NCBI GenBank assembly: GCA_016783715.1
Contig: JADHWA010000002.1
Coordinates: 1-49,694, forward strand
Direction of reading: 5' to 3'
Origin: Candidatus Omnitrophota bacterium
GTDB lineage: Bacteria > Omnitrophota > Gorgyraeia > Gygaellales > Profunditerraquicolaceae
Length of the DNA: 49,694 bases
The notes below the pieces were generated by a model. The model was not told the DNA's origin, made no database searches, and saw only the letters and a list, made by a program, of their open reading frames with translations. The translations under genes and the position numbers were made by a program. This document shows, piece after piece, positions 28,069 through 36,650 of the stretch (positions are counted from its first letter, which is position 1; each line of letters begins with the position of its first letter).

Positions 28069-28172
28069 ATTTTACTCTCCAATTTGAGCACGAAAATTTT
28101 TATTTAGCGAAATCCCGCGTAAGCGGGAACCCCGAACTCCGCACTTAGCGGAGCGAGGGATCTATTCTATCC

Positions 28173-29042
28173 TTAATATTTGACGCCCTGCGTCTTAGTT
28201 AAAGCATGAAATTTCTTCATTAGCTTCAGGGTTACTGCTCCGGGCTTACCCTCTCCGATCACTCTACCGTCTACCTTGACCACCGGGATAACCTCTGCTG
28301 CGGTACCGGTCAGGAAGCACTCATCAGAGATAAATACTTCATGCCTGGTAATCACATGTTCATGGACCGGAGTTTTATCTTTTTTGGCAAGCTGCAGTAT
28401 CGTATCACGGGTGATACCCCTTAAGGTCCCCATGCACTGAGGAGGCGTATAAATATGCTTATTCTTAACTACAAAGATATTATCCCCGGTACACTCGGCG
28501 ACGAACCCTAAATGATCCAACATGATCGCCTCGTTATGTCCGGAATTTACCGCCTCGATCTTTGCCAGGATATTATTCAGGTAATTCAGTGATTTAATCT
28601 GAGGGTTAAGTGCCTCAGGTATATTCCTGATCGTCGGAACGGTAATAATCGCAAGGCCGTTACGATAAAATTCTTTAGGATAAAGAGTAATCTTATCGGC
28701 GATTATAATTACTGTCGCATGGCCTACACATTTACGCGGGTCAAGCCCCAGGTCACCCTCGCCCCTGGTAACAACCAGGCGGATATAGGCATCATCAAGA
28801 CGGTTGGTCTTAAGGGTTGAGAGCACCGCCTTAATCAACTGACTTCTGGTCATCGGAATCTTTAGCATGATACTGTGCGCCGACTCAAAGAGCCGCTCGA
28901 CATGCTCCTTTAATTTAAAGACCCTGCGGTTATAGGAGCGTATACCTTCAAAGACACCGTCGCCATAAAGAAGCCCGTGGTCGAATACGGATATTTTTGC
29001 TTGCTGCTTCTGGTAAAATTTACCGTTTATATAGACTTTCAT
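28173..29042 (-). CDS. ilvE: branched-chain amino acid aminotransferase (class IV)
   Basis: HGLLYGDGVFEGIR and TGTAAEV motifs. 289 aa. Confidence 0.85.
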   Translation of the reverse strand: MKVYINGKFYQKQQAKISVFDHGLLYGDGVFEGIRSYNRRVFKLKEHVERLFESAHSIMLKIPMTRSQLIKAVLSTLKTNRLDDAYIRLVVTRGEGDLGLDPRKCVGHATVIIIADKITLYPKEFYRNGLAIITVPTIRNIPEALNPQIKSLNYLNNILAKIEAVNSGHNEAIMLDHLGFVAECTGDNIFVVKNKHIYTPPQCMGTLRGITRDTILQLAKKDKTPVHEHVITRHEVFISDECFLTGTAAEVIPVVKVDGRVIGEGKPGAVTLKLMKKFHALTKTQGVKY

Positions 29043-29062
29043 CTCTCCTCCGTTTTTCTCTT

Positions 29063-29758
29063 TTAATTTACCAGCAGCCCATCCCTTAAATTATATATAC
29101 AATCAGCTGCTTTTGCCAGCTCAATATTATGCGTAACCAGGACTACCGCCATTTTATCCTGAAGGCTGATTCGCTTAATTAATCCTATTAACTCCGAGCC
29201 GTTGGCAGAGTCAAGGTTGCCTGTCGGTTCATCGCAGAAAAGAACCCTTGGCTGATTTATTAGAGCGCGCACGATCGCTGTGCGCTGCTGTTCTCCTCCG
29301 GAGAGCTGACTAGGAAAATGCCTCATCCTATCACCCAATCCTAACTGCACTAATAACTCAGAAGCCCTCTGCCGAGTGGCTGAATTAAGTGCGGCGGCTC
29401 CCGGCGAATTAATTAGGGCCGGCATTAAAACATTCTCCATAACATTAAACTCCGACAAGAGATGATAAAACTGAAAGACAAAACCAACCCTTTGGTTTCG
29501 AACCCGCGATAGATGATTATCATCTAACTTATACAGGTCATCTCCCTGGAGCTTAACCACGCCGCGCGAAGGAGAATCCAATCCGCCTAAAATATGCAGC
29601 AGGGTTGATTTACCGGCGCCTGAAGGCCCGACAATGCTTACAAACCTGCCTGTCTCAACTTTCAAGTCTACGCCCTTTAAAACCGCCACCCAGCTCCTGC
29701 GTGCAGGGGCTGGGTAGATCTTATGGATATCCTGGGCCTCTAAGATAGCCTTATTCAT
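29063..29758 (-). CDS. lolD: lipoprotein-releasing ABC transporter ATP-binding protein
   Basis: Walker A GPSGAGKST, LSGGEQQR signature. Overlaps the upstream FtsX-type permease gene. Confidence 0.8.
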   Translation of the reverse strand: MNKAILEAQDIHKIYPAPARRSWVAVLKGVDLKVETGRFVSIVGPSGAGKSTLLHILGGLDSPSRGVVKLQGDDLYKLDDNHLSRVRNQRVGFVFQFYHLLSEFNVMENVLMPALINSPGAAALNSATRQRASELLVQLGLGDRMRHFPSQLSGGEQQRTAIVRALINQPRVLFCDEPTGNLDSANGSELIGLIKRISLQDKMAVVLVTHNIELAKAADCIYNLRDGLLVN

Positions 29759-30944
29759 ACCTTAACGCCTCCACCGGCTCCATCCGCGCTGCCCGTGCTG
29801 CCGGATAGATAGTCGAAATTACCGTAATTAACCCTGCTGCCAGGACAACTAGCAAGATATCGCCTGGGTTTACCACTACAGGCAGACTATCGATATAATA
29901 TATATCCTGGGGCAGTTTTATAAATTTATATTTTTCAAGGAGCGCACAAAGCAGCAGGCCGCCTGCTGTGCCAAGCAGAATTCCGAAGAACCCGATAATC
30001 AAACCTGCGGCGGTAAAGATCTTTCTTATATCACCGGCGGTCATCCCCAAGGCTCTTAAGATCCCGATATCCTTGGTCTTATGCACCACCACTACGATCA
30101 GTGTACTGATTATATTAAAAGATGCCACCAGGATTATCAGAGTCAGAATTATGAACATCGCCAGCTTCTCCAGCTTTAAGGCAGCGAAGAAGCTGCTGTT
30201 AGCCTCGGTCCAGCTCTTTAATAGGTAACGGAATCCTAGTTTCTGCGACAGCTCCGGGATAATACTATCTGCCAAATAGAGATCTTTCAACTTCACTGCT
30301 ACAGCACTAAAGGTTCCTTTTGCCCCTAAGATCTCCTGGGAAGTCGCAATATCCGTAAAGATCAGATTCAGGTCATAGTCATACATCCCGGAATTAAATA
30401 TTCCGGCTACCTGTAATTTGAATTCTTTACCCAGCGGCGAATACAGATTTAAGAAAGAACCCTGGTTTAAACCCAGATATACCGCTAACTCCCTGCCGAT
30501 GATTACATCTGCGGGCCCTAAGTTATCCAGGTTCCCGACTACCAAATAATTATCCAGCCGGCTGACTTCAATTTCAGTGGCAGGCTCTATCCCTCTAAGG
30601 CCCACAGCGAAAAACCGCTCGCCCTCTTTCGCCAGCACCTGCCCCTGTAGATATGGGCTGATCCCGGTAATCTCAGGGGTAGAACTCAGGCGCTCTCGTA
30701 TATCCTGGTAATCCTCCCCGGTGATCCCTTCGTAGCCGCTGATAGTGATATGCGAATAATTCCCTACGATCTTATCCCGCAGGTCCCGGTCGAATCCGGT
30801 CATCACCGCGACCACTACAATCAAGGCGGCTACACCTATGGCTACCCCAAAAATAGAGATTACGCTAATCAGGGATATAAACTTCTCTTTTCTCTTTGTA
30901 ACCAGGTAGCGCCAGCTGATAAAAAGTATATTCTTCATATTCAC
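29751..30944 (-). CDS. lolC: lipoprotein-releasing system permease (LolC/LolE, FtsX family)
   Basis: MacB-like periplasmic domain plus a C-terminal FtsX 4-TM bundle. Paired with lolD. Confidence 0.8.
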   Translation of the reverse strand: MNMKNILFISWRYLVTKRKEKFISLISVISIFGVAIGVAALIVVVAVMTGFDRDLRDKIVGNYSHITISGYEGITGEDYQDIRERLSSTPEITGISPYLQGQVLAKEGERFFAVGLRGIEPATEIEVSRLDNYLVVGNLDNLGPADVIIGRELAVYLGLNQGSFLNLYSPLGKEFKLQVAGIFNSGMYDYDLNLIFTDIATSQEILGAKGTFSAVAVKLKDLYLADSIIPELSQKLGFRYLLKSWTEANSSFFAALKLEKLAMFIILTLIILVASFNIISTLIVVVVHKTKDIGILRALGMTAGDIRKIFTAAGLIIGFFGILLGTAGGLLLCALLEKYKFIKLPQDIYYIDSLPVVVNPGDILLVVLAAGLITVISTIYPAARAARMEPVEALRYE

Positions 30945-32386
30945 TCTTGCGCCGGGCGCAAAAGAGGAAAAAAGATTACTTCACGGATCGAAGATTGATT
31001 CGTAAGCAACATCACTAATCTATCTATACCGATCCCCAACCCACCTGCCGGCGGCATCCCATGCTCCAGAGCCAGGAGATAATCCTCGTCAAGCGTCTTC
31101 TTCTCTTCCTTAGTCAGCTCTTTAATCTCTTCCTCAAACCGCCTGCGCTGCTCCTCCGGATTATTCTGCTCAGAGTATGCATTGCCTACTTCAAGCCCCG
31201 CGATGTATAACTCAAACCTCTCGCTGATCAGAGGATTATCCCTCCTGGTCTTGGCCAGCGGAGAAAGATTTGCAAAATAATCCGTGACAAATACCGGATT
31301 CATGCTCATCTCTTCCTCAAGGATATCCTCCATTATCTTGGCGATCTGCGAGCGGCTAAGCCGGGCGGCCTCTTTGGCCACCCCTTTCTTACGTAATTTT
31401 TTGAGCATCTCTTCAGCGCTATCCTCCGGAGTGACTCCGAATTTCTTCTTTACCACCTCGGCGAAAGAGATACGCTGCCAGGGTAATGAGAGATCAACGC
31501 TCTTACCCTGGTATTCAAAAACAGTATTGCCGATGGCCTCTTTGGCCGCGCTTATAATCAGCTCCTGCGACAGCTGCATCATATCCTCATAATTTGCGTA
31601 TGCCGCATAGACCTCCAGCATGGTAAATTCCGGATTATGCTTAACCGAAACCCCCTCATTCCTGAAAGAGCGGTTTATCTCGTAGACTCGCTCTAACCCC
31701 CCGACCAATAACCTCTTTAAATAAAGCTCAGGGGCAATCCTTAAGTTCAACTCCATGCTGTATTCATTATGAAAGGTCTTAAAAGGCCTGCCGGCTGCGC
31801 CCCCTGCGATCGTATGCATCATCGGCGTCTCTACCTCTAAATAGTCACGGCTGTCCAGGAACTTTCTTATCGCGCTAATCACCTGCGAGCGCCTGATAAA
31901 AACCTCTTTTATCTGCTGGTTACTTACCAGGTCCAGATAACGCTGTCGATAGCGCAGCTCCACGTCTTTTAAGCCATGCCACTTCTCCGGCAGGGGCCTC
32001 AAGGCCTTGGATAGAACCGTTACCTCATCGACCTTAACCGTATCTTCTCCGGTACGAGTCTTAAAAAGCTCGCCCTTTACATTGATAAAGTCAGCTACCT
32101 CTAGATTTTCGAAGATTTCGAATTGCTCTGTACCGATAACATCAGCCTTAACGTAAAGCTGGATCTTTCCGCTGGCATCTCGAAGGTCGGAGAATATTGC
32201 TTTGCCATGGGCGCGTCTGGCGGTAATCCTGCCACAAAGGCTCACCTTTAGGCCTTCCTTAAAATATCCTAAAGCCTCTGATATAGAGGAATGCCCTGGG
32301 GTGACACTGGGATATAAATCCACACCCCTTGCCTTAAGCGCTTGGGCCTTCTGTTTCTTCTGTTGGATTAATTCTTCTATGTCCAT
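30941..32386 (-). CDS. lysS: lysine--tRNA ligase (class II)
   Basis: OB anticodon-binding domain plus class II motifs (FRNEG, GGLGIGIDRL). Start set at ATG 32386. The longer track ORF reads through a palindromic repeat. Confidence 0.9.
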   Translation of the reverse strand: MDIEELIQQKKQKAQALKARGVDLYPSVTPGHSSISEALGYFKEGLKVSLCGRITARRAHGKAIFSDLRDASGKIQLYVKADVIGTEQFEIFENLEVADFINVKGELFKTRTGEDTVKVDEVTVLSKALRPLPEKWHGLKDVELRYRQRYLDLVSNQQIKEVFIRRSQVISAIRKFLDSRDYLEVETPMMHTIAGGAAGRPFKTFHNEYSMELNLRIAPELYLKRLLVGGLERVYEINRSFRNEGVSVKHNPEFTMLEVYAAYANYEDMMQLSQELIISAAKEAIGNTVFEYQGKSVDLSLPWQRISFAEVVKKKFGVTPEDSAEEMLKKLRKKGVAKEAARLSRSQIAKIMEDILEEEMSMNPVFVTDYFANLSPLAKTRRDNPLISERFELYIAGLEVGNAYSEQNNPEEQRRRFEEEIKELTKEEKKTLDEDYLLALEHGMPPAGGLGIGIDRLVMLLTNQSSIREVIFFPLLRPAQE

Positions 32387-32388
32387 AA

Positions 32389-32536
32389 TCAAGTAATTGA
32401 GGAATTGAGGTGTTTTTCCACACCCCCTCATCCTGAGGAGCGAAGCGACGAAGGATCTCATGAGATCCTTTAGCCCTTCGGGCTTCAGGATGACCAGTCG
32501 GGGATAATAAAAAACTCCCCGACTGGTCAAGTAATT
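32389..32536. mobile_element. MITE-like triple-hairpin insertion flanked by a 10-bp direct repeat TCAAGTAATT
   Basis: Direct repeats at 32389-32398 and 32527-32536. Internal hairpins at 32409-32424, 32429-32492 (64-nt palindrome) and 32494-32526 (11-bp stem). Confidence 0.5.
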
Positions 32537-32562
32537 ATATAGTAGAATTATACTTATGTCAA
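32534..32562 (-). promoter_or_regulatory. perfect consensus sigma70 promoter upstream of lysS
   Basis: Minus strand reads TTGACA (32562-32557), 17 nt, TATAAT (32539-32534). Confidence 0.6.
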
Positions 32563-32642
32563 TCCAGAATGCTGCTGAATCTACGCACTCCTTAGGAGTA
32601 CCATATTACAGTATAACTTATTGCGGGTTAATTAGTTATAAA

Positions 32643-33608
32643 CTATTTATATTCGGAGAGTCTCTTGATGCGTTTGAGCATGTTCGGGTGGGTACTTAAG
32701 AGCTCCAGCATCCTGTCACCAAATCCTAAATGGATATTCTTTTGACTAAGCTCCTGGAGTTCGTGGCGATCGATCGTTCCGCTCTTATCTAAATCAAGTT
32801 GGCTCAATTCTCGGATCTCACCCAGCGCCTTTGAAGGATCATTAAGGAAGAATGCCTTAAGCCCCTCAACCTCCTTCAACGATTCCTTAGGCATGCGCGC
32901 TGCCCCGTAGACCAGCTTGTAGAGGCTTGAGGCCAGCGCTGTCGGATTATTACCTAAGGCCACCGCGCCTCTATCGGCAAAATACTCCCTGATGCGCGAG
33001 GCATAAAGCACCAGGAGGTTGGTGAGAAAATAAAATAAAAACGCCGCCATTCCGATCAGGATCGTATTGCCGCCTGAGCGGTCGCGCCTGCGCCCGAAAA
33101 ATAAAAAATGCCAGGCCAGCCGGTACATAATCATCGGGATAACCGATAGCAGAGTGATGGTCAAAACATCGCGGTTCTTCAAATGACTAATCTCATGCCC
33201 CAGGACAGCCCGCAGCTCTACATCACTCAATAAGCTGATGATCCCTGCGGTAACACAGACTCTTCCATCTTTTATACCCCTTCCGAAGGCAAATGCGTTA
33301 GGAAGGTTAATCTGGGCAATACCGATTCGCGGTGTAGGTATCCTGGCTCCAAGCGCCAACTCTTCCACCAATTGATATAGCCGCGGATAGTCTTCTCTCT
33401 TGACATATTTCACCCGCATCGTCCATTCGACGATCTTGGGCCCCACCATATACTGGATAAACATGATCACAACCGACAAGACCAGGTAGAAATAGAGGCT
33501 GGTTATATGGAGAAACTGCACGCCGATAACCGTAAAGATCGCATAGATTAATCCAAACAGTACTGCCATCAATAACCATAATCTTACATGCAACAACCAG
33601 ATACCCAA
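32643..33608 (-). CDS. htpX: M48 family zinc metalloprotease HtpX with an EF-hand-like loop
   Basis: HEISHL zinc motif, four TM segments, C-terminal STHPNMLKRI. TTG start 5 nt after a GAAGGGGG SD. Confidence 0.85.
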   Translation of the reverse strand: MGIWLLHVRLWLLMAVLFGLIYAIFTVIGVQFLHITSLYFYLVLSVVIMFIQYMVGPKIVEWTMRVKYVKREDYPRLYQLVEELALGARIPTPRIGIAQINLPNAFAFGRGIKDGRVCVTAGIISLLSDVELRAVLGHEISHLKNRDVLTITLLSVIPMIMYRLAWHFLFFGRRRDRSGGNTILIGMAAFLFYFLTNLLVLYASRIREYFADRGAVALGNNPTALASSLYKLVYGAARMPKESLKEVEGLKAFFLNDPSKALGEIRELSQLDLDKSGTIDRHELQELSQKNIHLGFGDRMLELLSTHPNMLKRIKRLSEYK

Positions 33609-33618
33609 TTAAACCCCC

Positions 33619-33834
33619 TTCAATGAACACATAATTTACGATCCGCCGCAGGCGGAGAGTAAATTATATGTGTGAATTGAACCCCCCACCACTTTTTAAT
33701 AAAAGTCTAAAAAATAAAATTAACGATACAACTAACTACTTTATATTAAATAAATCCCGCCACCCACTCCTTCTCTAAAAAGTGGTGGGGGGTCAAATTC
33801 GGCCATCGAACTTACGTTACCGTAAGTTCGGGCC
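33619..33834. repeat. modular hairpin element, copy 3 (modules A+B+C)
   Basis: Module A at 33619-33681. Module B is the 17-bp inverted repeat at 33682-33698 and 33776-33792. AAATTCGG at 33795-33802. Module C hairpin at 33801-33834. Confidence 0.85.
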
Positions 33835-34245
33835 TCATTTGACTGTTCCCTTGACCACAAACTTTGATATGGGCTCTTCTGGATCGTCGGTAATCACATA
33901 GATGTGCTGCTTGACCACCCCGGAATACCCCTTACTGTTAAACTTCACATCTAAAGAGGTGCTCTCGCCGACAGAAAGCAAGCGCTTCTTGACATCAGAA
34001 ACCGTACAGCCGCAGCTTGTATTTACATCCTTGACCTGGAGATCTCTCTCTGTTGTGTTCTTAAATATAAACTCATGCTTTAATACATCCCCCTCCCTTA
34101 CCTGGCCAAAATCCCAGAAGTCAGCGATATCTGAGAGAGGCGAGGGACTGGTAGGCAGGGACTTCTGTCCCCCGGCACAACCGAAAAACAGACAACTTAT
34201 CATCGCTATTAATATAACTGAGACCTGCGGTCTGCCTAACATCAA
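33835..34245 (-). CDS. DUF1573 domain protein (probable lipoprotein)
   Basis: Lipobox-like LFFGCAG. DFGQV...G....H.F.F.N......V..SCGCT is the DUF1573 signature. Confidence 0.8.
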   Translation of the reverse strand: MMLGRPQVSVILIAMISCLFFGCAGGQKSLPTSPSPLSDIADFWDFGQVREGDVLKHEFIFKNTTERDLQVKDVNTSCGCTVSDVKKRLLSVGESTSLDVKFNSKGYSGVVKQHIYVITDDPEEPISKFVVKGTVK

Positions 34246-35414
34246 GCCCTCCAGATGATTAAAACACCCAGGCAGAAGAAAAGAGCTGCCATCAACAATT
34301 TAACCAGCAGGAAATGCTTCTTTAAAAAAGATGAGAATTCTCCGGAGGTAGCCCCGAATAGCGCGCATAAGAATATTATCACCAACGGTGCTATAAACAT
34401 AAAATTATAAAGCAACAAATATCCTACTGCCTCCATCTGCATTGCACCGCTTTTTAAGATAAAGGCGATCGTGGGCAGATAAGTTTGGCCAGTGCAGACC
34501 GCCTCCAGAAGAGAAACCAAAAACCCTGTAACCAAAGCACTGACAGCCAGGAGCAGAACCTTGCCGCCTGAGCCGCCACCACCTTTATTGCCCTTACGAT
34601 AGTGTTCTCCGATTACTTTATGAATCCTGTTCTTAATCGAGGTAGGTAGCTGTAAGATCTGCCCATCGGTGCCTCCTGTGCGCTTGAACTTCAGGGCATC
34701 ATAAATCGCCAACCCGCCAAAAAGAATACTGAATGAGCCGACCGCCAGATTAAATACCTTGATCACCAGGAAAAACCTTCTGATCTGATAAAGAAAACCA
34801 AATATCCCCAGGCCGATCAGGATATAACTGGCCATCACCGCCAGAATAAAAGAGCAGCCGATAACCACCATCTCTCTCTTTCTATAACCCTGCAGGGCCA
34901 GAAACGACATAAAAAATACAATTACCGTAAATGCACAAGGGTTAATTCCGTCGATCAGGCCGGCACTGGCAATCAATAGCGGGCTGAAACTGTCGAAATA
35001 CTGATGCAAGTCTACCTGCGGGAGAAGTTCGGTGTCCACCTGGCCTTTCCTGGATCCAAGAATCAGACTGCCTAAATTTCTCTCGATCTCATCGACTCCA
35101 TACAGAAATATACCGTCTGAATATACCATCGGCACCAAGGTTCCTTCAGGGCGGTCATATTTCTTTGCCAAAGCCAGCATATATTTAAAATTTTCTACAT
35201 CGGCGATGTCACGGTAATCTATCCTGAGTGTGCCGGCGAATTCCTTTTCTAAAATTGGCAGTACCTCTTCTTTAACTTTAAGACAATCACCGCAGCCGCT
35301 GGCATAAAAAAAGGCAAACTCCGCCTTAGGTTCCTGGGCTAGTGAATTACCGGCAGGAATTATCCAGATAAGAAAAACTAACACTAAGATTATTAAAAAA
35401 TTCCTATTGATCAT
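34242..35414 (-). CDS. thioredoxin-like domain fused to a DsbD/CcdA-type transmembrane thiol-disulfide transporter
   Basis: Signal peptide MINRNFLIILVLVFL..., CGDC redox motif, and GINPCAF (the DsbD-family NPC motif). ATG 35414 is preferred to GTG 35453. Confidence 0.7.
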   Translation of the reverse strand: MINRNFLIILVLVFLIWIIPAGNSLAQEPKAEFAFFYASGCGDCLKVKEEVLPILEKEFAGTLRIDYRDIADVENFKYMLALAKKYDRPEGTLVPMVYSDGIFLYGVDEIERNLGSLILGSRKGQVDTELLPQVDLHQYFDSFSPLLIASAGLIDGINPCAFTVIVFFMSFLALQGYRKREMVVIGCSFILAVMASYILIGLGIFGFLYQIRRFFLVIKVFNLAVGSFSILFGGLAIYDALKFKRTGGTDGQILQLPTSIKNRIHKVIGEHYRKGNKGGGGSGGKVLLLAVSALVTGFLVSLLEAVCTGQTYLPTIAFILKSGAMQMEAVGYLLLYNFMFIAPLVIIFLCALFGATSGEFSSFLKKHFLLVKLLMAALFFCLGVLIIWRA

Positions 35415-35474
35415 CGATTTTTTTGTATTGTCTGCTTCCGGCAAGAAGGTCACTAATCTATTAATTTGAAGAAA

Positions 35475-35948
35475 TTAATTCCACGCGGATGATATAATCT
35501 TAAGAGCACTGGATCTATCCTCTATCCTTTTTAATTGATCAACGGTAAATTTATCTCTGGTAATCCGCGAGATCTCAGCCAAGATCTTCAGGTGATCTCC
35601 GACATCTTCGGCAGGCGAGGCAAGGGCAAAAAATAAATAAGTCTTCTCTCCGTCCAACGCACCAAATTCAATTCCCTCTGTCTTGCGGGCAAACACCAGG
35701 ATAAAATCCTTTACATCCTGGGATTTACCATGCGGAATAGCCACCCCTCCTCCGATACCCGTCGAGCCAAGTTTCTCCCGGCCCATCATAACTTTAAAAA
35801 AAGCCTTCTTGTTCTTTAGTTTTCCGGATTTTGCGATTAGATCTACGAGTTCTGTGATAACCTGCTTTTTATTCTTACCTTTCAGGCTTAAATCAATTGA
35901 ATTTGTCTTTAATAGCTTAGCTAATTTGATCTTTTTGGAAGCTGCCAT
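35475..35948 (-). CDS. ptsN: PTS EIIA type-2 protein (nitrogen-regulatory PtsN-like)
   Basis: GIGGGVAIPHGK phosphohistidine site. 157 aa stand-alone EIIA. Confidence 0.8.
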   Translation of the reverse strand: MAASKKIKLAKLLKTNSIDLSLKGKNKKQVITELVDLIAKSGKLKNKKAFFKVMMGREKLGSTGIGGGVAIPHGKSQDVKDFILVFARKTEGIEFGALDGEKTYLFFALASPAEDVGDHLKILAEISRITRDKFTVDQLKRIEDRSSALKIISSAWN

Positions 35949-35974
35949 ATTCTATCGGAATATACAAAATACTC

Positions 35975-36574
35975 TTAAAATAGGTAGGAAAGTCCGCAAA
36001 TTCCGTAATGGGTATCAATACCCGAATTCGGAGATTTTATGCCTGCATTAGAAATATGACGATAGCGGTATTCTGTCGTAAAGGCTAACTTTTTATCGTC
36101 GGTAAAATAATAGTGGAAGCCCAGGCCTGCATGCTCGTTGAAATTAAACTGGGTTGACTGCTCCCGCGTACGCTGACTAAGATAAAGCATCCCTAATCCG
36201 CCCTTAAAATAAGGCTGCAATCTCCAGGTCTGGGGAGCAAACCCTATCTTAATCAGGAAATTATTTCCAATTTCGCCATTACTCTCAGGCTGATATGAAT
36301 AAGATGCAAATGGCTCAAAGGTAAATTGCAACAATCCCGGCGGGGTAAAGTTAAATTTCTCTGTCAGGGGGACTAGATTAAAATCGAAATCGACGAATAC
36401 GGTAATCGGATGATAAGTCTCTTTTTCGTCTAATTGCGCCGTACCAAAACCGGCGAGCACCTCAACTCCACAGAGGCCACCTTCGGTCTCTGTACTACTC
36501 TCAGCAGCCCAGCAATAAGAATTGATTAATACTATTGCCGCAATACACACACTGGTTCTGAAAATTTTTCTCAT
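35975..36574 (-). CDS. acyloxyacyl hydrolase / PagL-like outer-membrane lipid A deacylase
   Basis: Signal peptide, beta-barrel alternating pattern, C-terminal RHISNAG catalytic His-Ser motif, and terminal LSYLF. Confidence 0.7.
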   Translation of the reverse strand: MRKIFRTSVCIAAIVLINSYCWAAESSTETEGGLCGVEVLAGFGTAQLDEKETYHPITVFVDFDFNLVPLTEKFNFTPPGLLQFTFEPFASYSYQPESNGEIGNNFLIKIGFAPQTWRLQPYFKGGLGMLYLSQRTREQSTQFNFNEHAGLGFHYYFTDDKKLAFTTEYRYRHISNAGIKSPNSGIDTHYGICGLSYLF

Positions 36575-36581
36575 TGGTTGT

Positions 36582-36609
36582 ATTATATTGGAAAATCTAT
36601 TGTTGTCAA
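36582..36609 (-). promoter_or_regulatory. sigma70-type promoter of the PagL-like gene (leaderless configuration)
   Basis: Minus strand reads TTGACA (36609-36604), 16 nt, TATAAT (36587-36582), 7 nt, ATG (36574). Confidence 0.55.
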
Positions 36610-36650
36610 TTAAATTATTATTATCTTATCATCCTGCCGCACAAAGGGTT

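Noticed and set aside
29494-29508. tRNA T-arm-like GGTTTCGAACCCGCG
   Set aside because: It lies inside the lolD coding frame and has no acceptor, D or anticodon arms around it.
32387-32530. 48-codon N-terminal extension of the lysS ORF (MTSRGVFYYPRLVILKPEGLKDLMRSFVASLLRMRG...)
   Set aside because: It is encoded entirely by the palindromic repeat element and begins upstream of the predicted transcription start. Class II LysRS homology begins at MDIEELIQ (ATG 32386).
33789-33806. CtsR-like half site GGTCAAA-TTC-GGCCATC in element copy 3, and a search for CtsR boxes upstream of mcsA (28069-28172)
   Set aside because: Only one heptad matches and the second has three mismatches. There is no GGTCAAA at all in the mcsA leader.
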